Of a DNA stretch of 64,000 nucleotides, positions 1 through 7,772 are shown in pieces (the first letter of the stretch is position 1; the number at the start of each line of letters is the position of its first letter). The notes under the pieces are model-generated. The model did no database searches and was not told the origin of the DNA. It saw only the letters and a program-made list of their open reading frames with translations. Both the position numbers and the translations under genes were made by a program. The stretch spans positions 101,000 to 164,999 of the forward strand of contig CALLMM010000002.1 of the NCBI GenBank assembly GCA_938005745.1. The letters are read 5' to 3'. This DNA is from an uncultured Chthonomonadales bacterium (lineage in GTDB: Bacteria > Armatimonadota > Chthonomonadetes > Chthonomonadales > CAJBBX01).

Positions 1-1300
1 AGCCGGCGGGCAGGACTCGCAATCCCTTCTGCTGGAAATAGCGCACCGAAGGATAGTCGTCCATCTTCTCGTAGTGCCAGTCGGTGATGATAATATCCTT
101 CGCGATCTTATCTATGGCGGGAGCGGTCTCGTTCGCGCTCGCCTCCCACTCCCCGTACTTCATCACCGCGCTGTCAATCAGCCGGTCGCCCCACATCATC
201 ATCTGCACCTTCCGCCTGCCGACCAGATGCGCATGGTAGTCGTTCACCGCCTTCGCAAACAGGTCGGCATTGGGCTTGCCCTTGCAGCGCGGGCACTTGC
301 CGAGAATGAAGACCTCGTCCATGCCGACATGAAAGGCGTCCGCCTGAAAGGCGTCAATCAGTTCATCGAAGAGGGCGAAGACCACGCGGTTGATATCGGG
401 ATGCGAAGGACACCAGCTCCGGCAGTAGATCCCCTTGTTGTCCTTCGGATAGTCGGGCGTCTCGTCGAACTCCGGATAGGCGGTCAACAGCTTGAAGGTC
501 GTCTCCGCCCAGGACTGATGCCCGAGACAGTTGATCATCGGCGCCAGGCGCACGAAGTTCCTTCGCGCCAGCTCGCTCAAACGGCGGCAGTCCTCCGCCG
601 TCAGCCCCCCTTCATTCGCCACCTCCGGATGCGAGCGATACTGAAAGTTGTAGTTGATCTCCAGGATCAACAGGTTCAGGCGCAGTTCGGGCATATGGCG
701 GGTCAGCAGCCGCTCTAACTGCGGCATACTGGCGCGCCCGTTGACCATGACATGCATCCCGCGCCACCGCATGGCGGGACGATCCGCGATCAGCGCAGCG
801 GGAAGGTCGGCGGGGTTTTTCGGATCGCTCCCCATCCTCTCCAGCAGCCGCAGAACGCCGTAGAATGCGCCCGCCGGCTTGGCGGCGGCGATCAGGATAC
901 GCTGCGGGGTTATCTCCAGCAGATAGCCCTCCTCGCCCATTCCTTCCGTCGAGAGTTTCGTCTTCCACCGCTCTGCCAGCCGGCGCAGCGCGGCATGCTC
1001 TCGCGTCAGTCCCACCAGGATCAGCGGCTGCGACGGCAGTCTCCCGGCGGCGGACTGCGGCTGGACCGCCTCTCCGTAACGCGCGCGCAGCCGCTCCTGC
1101 AGCGGAGCGATCGCGTCTGCTCCCGACCTCCTCAGCCCATCCGTTACCAGCAGCTTCGGGGCGGTCTCCCAGCGGAAGACGCCCGCGCCCTGTTCCGCCC
1201 ATGTTGGCTTCATCGCCCTCTTCTGTCCTTTCTGTTCCAGACCGGAAGCGTTCCCGGCAAGCGTGAATACGATGAGCAAACCTATCATCCAGCGCCGCAT
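1..1300 (-). CDS. Glycoside hydrolase family 20-like protein (beta-N-acetylhexosaminidase type); C-terminal end cut by window edge
   Basis: Manual minus-strand translation from the ATG at 1298-1300 to position 2 gives 433 codons without a stop. The ORF is missing from the track because it is edge-truncated. Signal-like N-terminus MRRWMIGLLIVFTLAG. DRPAMRWRGMHV and FHVGMDEV resemble the GH20 R-W-RG and H-x-G-x-DE signatures. Confidence 0.6.
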   Translation of the reverse strand, partial: MRRWMIGLLIVFTLAGNASGLEQKGQKRAMKPTWAEQGAGVFRWETAPKLLVTDGLRRSGADAIAPLQERLRARYGEAVQPQSAAGRLPSQPLILVGLTREHAALRRLAERWKTKLSTEGMGEEGYLLEITPQRILIAAAKPAGAFYGVLRLLERMGSDPKNPADLPAALIADRPAMRWRGMHVMVNGRASMPQLERLLTRHMPELRLNLLILEINYNFQYRSHPEVANEGGLTAEDCRRLSELARRNFVRLAPMINCLGHQSWAETTFKLLTAYPEFDETPDYPKDNKGIYCRSWCPSHPDINRVVFALFDELIDAFQADAFHVGMDEVFILGKCPRCKGKPNADLFAKAVNDYHAHLVGRRKVQMMMWGDRLIDSAVMKYGEWEASANETAPAIDKIAKDIIITDWHYEKMDDYPSVRYFQQKGLRVLPAG

Positions 1301-1484
1301 GACACTCTTCTCCTTCCGGTTCGTCGTTCCGCACGGTCTGCCTGTCCGCTCATAACTTTGGTTAAAGATCCATTACGCCTGTAAGACGGTAATCCCTGCC
1401 AGGCGCATGGCGGCTTTTGAAAGGATTTCACCGCCGCAGGCAGGAACTACGGGAGAAGCGAATGACGCGGATTAGGGGGAGAGG

Positions 1485-2195
1485 ATGTTTCACGGTCACG
1501 TTCTGTCTTCGATCGTTGTCTTTGCGGCAGCGATTATGGCGGCGGCTCCCGCCTCCGCCCGGAATACCGTTTTTGGAATTGAGGGAACACGCTTTACGCT
1601 CAACGGCAGTCCGGTATTTCTGCTGGGTATCAGCTACTATGGGGGTCTGGGCGCGCCCCGGGAGATGGTAGGGCGCGACCTGGACGCGATGCAGAAGCAC
1701 GGCTTTAACTGGCTTCGCCTGTGGGCGGTCTGGAGCTACCGAGAGGAGGATGTCTCCGCCGTAGACCCTGCCGGGCAGCCCCGCGAGCCGTTCATAAGCC
1801 GCTTGAAGTACCTGGTGGAGGAGTGTGACCGGAGAAAGATCGTTGTGGACGTTACGCTGACCCGCGGGCGTAATCTTCCAGATATGCAGTCGCACCGCGC
1901 CGCCGTTCGCACCCTTGTGCGAACGCTCTCCGGCTGCCGCAACTGGTATCTGGACCTTGCCAACGAGCGGGATGTGCGGGATGCGCGCTATGTGCCGGTC
2001 GAGGAGCTGCGCGAACTGCGCGAACTGGTGCGCGGGCTGGCGCCCGACCTTCCGGCAACCGCCTCGTTCGGCGGGCACGACCTGGACGAGAAGGAGATCC
2101 GCGCCGCCCTCAACGACGCCCGGCTGGACTTCCTCGCCCCGCACCGCCCCCGACACGCAGGGTCGCCGGGAGAGACGCAGGAGCATTCGAAGTAG
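1485..2195 (+). CDS. Secreted GH5-like (clan GH-A TIM-barrel) glycoside hydrolase, unusually short
   Basis: 236-aa ORF with signal peptide MFHGHVLSSIVVFAAAIMAAAPASA. GFNWLRLW and an acid/base-type LANE motif are present. It ends 13 nt before the convergent gene. Confidence 0.5.
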   Translation: MFHGHVLSSIVVFAAAIMAAAPASARNTVFGIEGTRFTLNGSPVFLLGISYYGGLGAPREMVGRDLDAMQKHGFNWLRLWAVWSYREEDVSAVDPAGQPREPFISRLKYLVEECDRRKIVVDVTLTRGRNLPDMQSHRAAVRTLVRTLSGCRNWYLDLANERDVRDARYVPVEELRELRELVRGLAPDLPATASFGGHDLDEKEIRAALNDARLDFLAPHRPRHAGSPGETQEHSK

Positions 2196-2208
2196 CAGGC
2201 GTCACTCG

Positions 2209-3318
2209 TCACTGCAGGTCCGCCAGACGTTGACGTGCGACGCTCTCAAACCAGGTGGCGGGATACTCCCGGATGATCTCCTCGAACGCCTCCGCCGCCT
2301 GCGCCAGCCGACCGCAGCGCAGATGCTCCTCTGCCGCCGCGTACTGTTCATGCCCCACCGTGATGGCGCGATTCATGATCCGGGCGATGTCGGCAGCCGG
2401 ACCGGGCGCGAGGGGAGGGAGCGACTTCAGAACCGGCGGGTCTGGCTCCGTGAGGCGATGGTACGCCTCCGGGCGGCGTTCGCGGAACAGGCGCGCCCGC
2501 ATATCCTCCTGCCGGTTCGCCCAGTCGCCCGCCTGCCGCCCGTCGAAGGGGTCAATCTCCGCGATCGCGATCTCGCCGGGACGCCTCTCCTCCGCCAGTA
2601 TCTCCCCTCCGGGGGAGAGGATCAGGCTGCCCTCCTCATCGCCCCAGCCGCCCCACGAAACGACCAGATAGACGAAGTTCTCAACGGCGCGGGTACGAAA
2701 GGCGGCGCGGCTGATCTCTGAGCCGCCGAACGCCGCGCCTCCCTCCGTCGGGTGGAAGAGGATGCCGGCTCCGCCCAGCGCCAGGCAGCGCGCCGCCTCG
2801 GGGAAGAGCATATCGTAGCAGATGAGCATTCCCAGCCCGCCCAGATCGGGGGTCTGAAAGACCGGGAAGTCCTCTCCGGGACGCTTGAGCTGCTCGTGGA
2901 CAGGCAGGTGCGCCTTGTGGTAGCGTCCGATCTCGCGCCCGTCGCGCCCCAGCAGGAACGCCGTGTTACGAATGGAGCCGTCCGGCTCAACGCTGTCGGA
3001 GCAGCAGATCAGATACATACCGAAGGCGGCGGCGCGCGCGCCCAGCCGTGCAATCATCTGCTCCACCGCAGCGGTCAGTATCTCTCCGGCGGTCTCCTCG
3101 TGCGCCGCCTCCCACGGAGCCAGCCCCATCGCGTCCTCCGGAAGCGTCAGGATATCGCATCCCGCCTCGCCCCCCCGGATAACCAGCCCCTCCAGAATAT
3201 CCAGCGCGCGCTCCACATGCTCCGCCGCCGCTTCCCGCGAGAGACGGTAGTCTATATTCACGGCGCGGCGGATGTCGCCACCGGCGTTGGCGCTGCCGAT
3301 CCGGAACAGCCTTCCCAT
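2209..3318 (-). CDS. Carbon-nitrogen hydrolase (nitrilase superfamily) with C-terminal helical extension
   Basis: 369-aa ORF. Glu/Lys/Cys triad contexts are LTLPEDA, YHKAHLP and LICYDMLFPE. Confidence 0.8.
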   Translation of the reverse strand: MGRLFRIGSANAGGDIRRAVNIDYRLSREAAAEHVERALDILEGLVIRGGEAGCDILTLPEDAMGLAPWEAAHEETAGEILTAAVEQMIARLGARAAAFGMYLICCSDSVEPDGSIRNTAFLLGRDGREIGRYHKAHLPVHEQLKRPGEDFPVFQTPDLGGLGMLICYDMLFPEAARCLALGGAGILFHPTEGGAAFGGSEISRAAFRTRAVENFVYLVVSWGGWGDEEGSLILSPGGEILAEERRPGEIAIAEIDPFDGRQAGDWANRQEDMRARLFRERRPEAYHRLTEPDPPVLKSLPPLAPGPAADIARIMNRAITVGHEQYAAAEEHLRCGRLAQAAEAFEEIIREYPATWFESVARQRLADLQ

Positions 3319-3330
3319 GCTTTTCCTCCG

Positions 3331-4311
3331 TCAATCGCGGGACGGCGGTCCGCCGCGCAGACCGATCAACGCCTCGCGGCAGCGCGCCAGCTCCTCCGGT
3401 CTGGTCGCAAAGCCCAGAGACCGAACCATCTGCATGATGGGCGTCGCGGGATCGTTCGACCAGAAGATGCCACAGTCCTCCGCCTCCGAATAGCGATACC
3501 CGACCCGCTCCCCGAACGTCTCCTGAAACAGCAGCCCGCCGCGCAGCGTCGGCTGCCAGGAGAGGATCGCGTAGTCGAGGTCAATCTGCTCCACAAAGAC
3601 GCCGTCCTCGCGCATCTCCCGCAGAAGATGCCCGGTAGGATCCGCCAGACAGGCGTTATTGCGCCAGGTGCTGGTGAGAAGATAGCACGATCCCTCCAGC
3701 GCGCGGCGCGACGCATGGATCTGTCCGGGCCACTGCGTCGTCCAGACGATCAGCTCCGCCCCCTTTCGCGCCAGCGTCTCCCATCCCTCATCAAAAGCCA
3801 TGTCGTAACAGATCTGGATTCCGAGACGACCGAAATCGCAGTCGAAGACCGGGAACGCGCTGCCGGGCGTCACGCCGCCCTCCGCCGTCTCGCCGTCTGG
3901 ATCCAGCACCGGAAAGACCTTCCGATAGATGCCGACCACGCCGCCGGTTCGATCTACCAGCGCGGCGGCGTTGCTGTACAGCCCCCGCTCCGGATCGTCC
4001 GCCAGATAGAGCGGAACCACGATATAGCAGCCATTGCGACGGGCGCAGGCTCCCATCTCCTCCAGAACCGCCCCCTCCAGCGGATCGGCGACCTCGGAGA
4101 TCGCCCCCTCTTTGCCGCCGTTGACCGCCATCTCCGGCAGGGCGGCGATATCCAGCCGCACGCCGTCAAACTGCGCCGACGCCTCGACCGCCATTCGATC
4201 CACCAGCGCGGTCAGTTCCGCCAGCCGCGCCCGCAAGCCGGGATAGGGGCGGAACATGTTGTGCATGGCTGTGCCGACGACGACCTTGCGCGGTCCCGAA
4301 GACTGCTCCAT
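3331..4311 (-). CDS. Carbon-nitrogen hydrolase (nitrilase superfamily)
   Basis: Triad contexts are AALPEMA, YRKVFPV and IQICYDMAFDE. I chose the internal ATG at 4309-4311 (MEQSSGPRKVVVG), preceded by aggaga/gagagg, rather than the longest ORF start at 4413. Confidence 0.8.
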   Translation of the reverse strand: MEQSSGPRKVVVGTAMHNMFRPYPGLRARLAELTALVDRMAVEASAQFDGVRLDIAALPEMAVNGGKEGAISEVADPLEGAVLEEMGACARRNGCYIVVPLYLADDPERGLYSNAAALVDRTGGVVGIYRKVFPVLDPDGETAEGGVTPGSAFPVFDCDFGRLGIQICYDMAFDEGWETLARKGAELIVWTTQWPGQIHASRRALEGSCYLLTSTWRNNACLADPTGHLLREMREDGVFVEQIDLDYAILSWQPTLRGGLLFQETFGERVGYRYSEAEDCGIFWSNDPATPIMQMVRSLGFATRPEELARCREALIGLRGGPPSRD

Positions 4312-4577
4312 CCTCTCTATCTCTCCTTTCGCCGTCGGGAAGGCTTCCTCCAGACAGTATCCGTCGTTCCGCTCTGTTCGGCGAAACGACGGTGAGTTCC
4401 TGTGGGCTTCCACGCGAACCGGACCGTCTCAGGACCGCCTGCTCCCCGTCTGCGGAGCCGCATCCGATCCTCACGCAGAGCTGGAGGATGTGGGATTCAG
4501 ACACGGCGAATAAGATAAGGGGTTCGTCCACAGTCACGTGGAGACCGATTTCTGTTCTCAAGGCGCGGGAGGTCTCT

Positions 4578-7500
4578 ATGTCTATATACCGTCTGACACT
4601 GTTTATCATAGCGATGATCTGCATGCCGCTCTGCGGGAGGGCGCAGGAGGGACTGCTGCTGCGCTACTCCTTTGACGAAGGTCAGGGAAACATCGTCCGG
4701 GATATGTCCGACAACGGACTGCACGGCGAGGCGGGTGCGGCATGGGTCGCTTCGCCCGCCGACAAGGCTGTCGTCATGGACGGAGAGCCGTCCAGCATCG
4801 TGCGGGTGCAGATACCGATGGAGAAACGGTTTGGAACAGGCTCCTGGTCCTTCAGCGCGTGGCTGAAACCGACCCGGTTCGACATAGACGACGCGCAGAA
4901 CCAGCGCCGCATCTTCGCCTTCGGGGTCTATCCCGACGCCTATCTGGTCATTGACCTGATGGGCAGCGGTCATCTGAGCCACTACTTCTGCTATCGCAGT
5001 CCGGAGGGAGAGATCCGCTCTACCGGAGGCTCCGGGGGAATGCCTCTGTCAACGGGACAGTGGGCGCATGTGGCGCTGGTCTGCGATCGGCAGAAGGGCG
5101 TGGTGAGCGTCTATGTGAACGGCTTCAAACAGGGAGAGTCGCGCATCCCCCCCGAGTTCCGAGGCGACTTCTCGCTGGGCGGAGAGCTGACCCTGGGGAG
5201 CAGCTGGCACAACTACCATGGCGTGATGGACGAGGTCAGTCTCTGGCGGCGCGCGCTGACCCGCGCGGAGGTGCGGGCGGAGTTTGCCCGATGGAAAGAG
5301 GTCTTCGGCGTAGCCGAGTCGAAGGAGGCGGCGGAGGCGGAGAGACGGGAGAGGTACATGGAGATCCTGGAGCAGTCAAGAAGAGCCTGGCTTGCGGGCG
5401 ACTATGCGAAGGCGCGCGCCCTCTGCCAGACGCTGATCGAGGCGACCGATGCCTCCCCAGCTGTCCGGAGCATCGCCCATCTGCGTATTGCGGAGAGCTG
5501 GATGGCGCAGCGCAACCCTCGCGCCGCCCGCAGCGAGTTTCAGAAGATCGCCAACCACACGGACTATCCGGCAGTCCATCGCATGGAGGCGCGTGAACGG
5601 ATCGCGGAGCTGGATCGCACGGCGCGCGGGCTGCCTCCCCGCGACCCTGCCGCCACTCGCACCCGCATTGCGCCCGTTACGCGGTTCGCGGGACGCATCT
5701 TCGTCTCGCCCCGCGGAAAGGATACCAATCCCGGAACCTCCGCCGCGCCGGTTGCCACGCTCTCCCGTGCGCGCGATCTGATACGCGCCCTGAAAGCGCG
5801 GGGCGTCCGAGGAGCGATCGCGGTGGAGATACTGCCCGGAGAGTACCGAATCACCGCGCCCCTCACCCTGACAAAAGAGGATTCGGGGTCGCCAGACGCC
5901 CCGATCGTCTACCGCGCTGGGCAGCCGGGAAGAGCGGTCTTCTACGGCGGAAGACGCCTGCGAGGCTTTCAGCCGGTTACCGACCCGGCGGTCTTGAGTC
6001 GAATGCCGGAGGAGGCGCGGGGGAAGGTGATGCAGTGCGACCTGCGGGCACAGGGGATCACGGACTACGGCAGGCTTGCGGTGCGCGGATTCGGGCAGCC
6101 TCCCTCCCCGCCGACCCTCGAACTGTTCGTCAACGGGCGACCGATGACGCTGGCGCGCTGGCCCAACGCCGGATTTGTCGGGATACGCCGGCTGCGGGAG
6201 CCGGGAGACCGGCGCGCCGGCAAGCCCTCCGTGTTCGAATATCTGGACGACCGCCATGCCCGATGGACGCAGGCGGAGGACGCCTGGCTTTTCGGCTATT
6301 TTCGCTTCCTCTGGGCGGACTCGACCGTTCCCATCGGCAGCATTGACCCGCAGGCACGCACCCTCGCGACGGCGGAAGCCTACCACTACAGCCCGGACAT
6401 TCCCGGCATGGATACCGGGCAGGGCATCCAGTACTACGCCTTCAACCTGCTGGAGGAGATAGACCAGCCGGGAGAGTGGTACCTGAATCGCCGCACCGGC
6501 ATCCTCTACCTCTACCCGCCGACCGATCTGGCAAAGGCGACGGTGGAGATCGGAATGCTCTCTACGCCGATGATCGTGATGAACGGGGTGTCGGATGTGC
6601 GGCTGGAGGGGCTGACCTTCGATCTAGCGCGCTTCAACGGGCTGGTTCTCACCGACTGCCGCCGGAGCCTGATCGCCGGCTGCACCATCCGCCGCATGGC
6701 GGGCAACGGCGTCATGATCCACGGGGGCGAGCAGAACGGGCTGCTGGGCTGCGACATCCACACCATCGGCAGACGCGCCTCCGAGGTGATCGGGGGAGAC
6801 CGGCAGACCCTCAAGCCGGGCAGACACTTCGTCGAAAACTGCCGCATCTACGACTTCGGGCGGATTGACCGCACCTACACGCCCGCCGTACAGCTGGAGG
6901 GCGTGGGCAACCGGGTGGCGCATAACCTGATGTACGACTGCCCCAGCAGCGTCATGCGCATCGAGGGCAACGACCATCTGATCGAGTTCAACGAGGTGCA
7001 CAGCGCGGTGCTGGAGTCGGACGATCAGGGCGCGATGGAGCTTTTCGGCAACCCGACCTATCGCGGCGTGATCTTCCGCTACAACCGCTATACCAACTGC
7101 GGCAAACCGCAGCCCGGCGTAGCGGTGCACGGACAGGCGGCGATCCGGCTCGACGATGTGATCAGCGGCATCGTGATCTACGGCAATATCTTTATCCGCA
7201 GTGCGAACGGCAACTTCGGGGCGGTGCAGATGAACGGCGGGCGCGACAACATCATAGACAATAATCTCTTTGAGGACTGCAAGCAGGGCGTCAGCGGCGG
7301 CTGGTATGCCGGCAGCCCGATGTGGGCAAGCGCCGCCTCCGCCAACCGTCCGCCGGAGTTCATCATGAGCGAACTCTACCTGCAGCGCTACCCGGAGATG
7401 CGCACGATGCTTACCGGCATCGGCATGAACTATCTGTGGCGCAACGCCTTCCGCCGCTGCGGTCCGATGATCACTGGCAACGCCGCCCATCTGGAGATGC

Positions 7501-7631
7501 TGGAGAACGGGGAGCAGCCGCTCTTCAAGCCGATCCCGGCGGGGGAGATCGGTCTCTACCGGGATCGCTACCGCGCGAGCTGGCCCGTTCCGATCCAGCC
7601 GGTGAAGAAGCAGGACTGGCGCAGCCCGTAG
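4578..7631 (+). CDS. Secreted LamG (concanavalin-A-like lectin) plus right-handed parallel beta-helix protein
   Basis: Start at ATG 4578 (MSIYRLTLFIIAMICMPLCGRAQE signal peptide, gggagg 6 nt upstream). The N-terminal LRYSFDEG...LHG...LWRRALT pattern is LamG/Laminin_G_3-like. The C-terminal half has repeated beta-helix-like NGVMIHGG / NGLLGCDIH / NRVAHNLMYD turns. Confidence 0.7.
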   Translation: MSIYRLTLFIIAMICMPLCGRAQEGLLLRYSFDEGQGNIVRDMSDNGLHGEAGAAWVASPADKAVVMDGEPSSIVRVQIPMEKRFGTGSWSFSAWLKPTRFDIDDAQNQRRIFAFGVYPDAYLVIDLMGSGHLSHYFCYRSPEGEIRSTGGSGGMPLSTGQWAHVALVCDRQKGVVSVYVNGFKQGESRIPPEFRGDFSLGGELTLGSSWHNYHGVMDEVSLWRRALTRAEVRAEFARWKEVFGVAESKEAAEAERRERYMEILEQSRRAWLAGDYAKARALCQTLIEATDASPAVRSIAHLRIAESWMAQRNPRAARSEFQKIANHTDYPAVHRMEARERIAELDRTARGLPPRDPAATRTRIAPVTRFAGRIFVSPRGKDTNPGTSAAPVATLSRARDLIRALKARGVRGAIAVEILPGEYRITAPLTLTKEDSGSPDAPIVYRAGQPGRAVFYGGRRLRGFQPVTDPAVLSRMPEEARGKVMQCDLRAQGITDYGRLAVRGFGQPPSPPTLELFVNGRPMTLARWPNAGFVGIRRLREPGDRRAGKPSVFEYLDDRHARWTQAEDAWLFGYFRFLWADSTVPIGSIDPQARTLATAEAYHYSPDIPGMDTGQGIQYYAFNLLEEIDQPGEWYLNRRTGILYLYPPTDLAKATVEIGMLSTPMIVMNGVSDVRLEGLTFDLARFNGLVLTDCRRSLIAGCTIRRMAGNGVMIHGGEQNGLLGCDIHTIGRRASEVIGGDRQTLKPGRHFVENCRIYDFGRIDRTYTPAVQLEGVGNRVAHNLMYDCPSSVMRIEGNDHLIEFNEVHSAVLESDDQGAMELFGNPTYRGVIFRYNRYTNCGKPQPGVAVHGQAAIRLDDVISGIVIYGNIFIRSANGNFGAVQMNGGRDNIIDNNLFEDCKQGVSGGWYAGSPMWASAASANRPPEFIMSELYLQRYPEMRTMLTGIGMNYLWRNAFRRCGPMITGNAAHLEMLENGEQPLFKPIPAGEIGLYRDRYRASWPVPIQPVKKQDWRSP

Positions 7632-7702
7632 CGGCGCAGCCCGTAGCGGCGCAGCCCGTAGCGGCGCAGCCCGTAGCGGCGCAGCCCGTAGCGGCGCAGC
7701 CC
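7618..7702. repeat. 15-bp tandem repeat (GGCGCAGCCCGTAGC), 5 full copies plus a 10-nt partial copy
   Basis: Read directly: units at 7618, 7633, 7648, 7663 and 7678, with a partial unit at 7693-7702. The stop codon TAG of the upstream CDS (7629-7631) lies in unit 1. Confidence 0.95.
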
Positions 7703-7722
7703 TCCGATGACGGGATAGACGG

Positions 7723-7757
7723 CGAGCCGTCCTGCGTTCGACAGGACGGCTCGTTTC
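7723..7757 (+). terminator. Intrinsic terminator hairpin between convergent genes
   Basis: Perfect 12-bp stem cgagccgtcctg (7723-7734) / caggacggctcg (7742-7753), 7-nt loop, then tttc. Confidence 0.65.
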
Positions 7758-7772
7758 GGGAATGAACGCCGG

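Noticed and set aside
612-1334. 240-aa minus-strand ORF and overlapping plus-strand ORFs at 74-718, 752-1384 and 865-1266
   Set aside because: A different minus-strand frame, open from 1300 to the window edge, encodes a protein with GH20-like motifs. The listed ORFs are Arg/Ala-rich shadows.
2752-4395. 547-aa plus-strand ORF spanning both nitrilase-family genes
   Set aside because: It is antisense to two genes with clear catalytic motifs, and its composition is low-complexity and Arg-rich.
7618-7702. Possible CRISPR-like array
   Set aside because: The units are directly abutting 15-mers with no spacers, so this is a simple tandem repeat, and there are no cas genes in the window.
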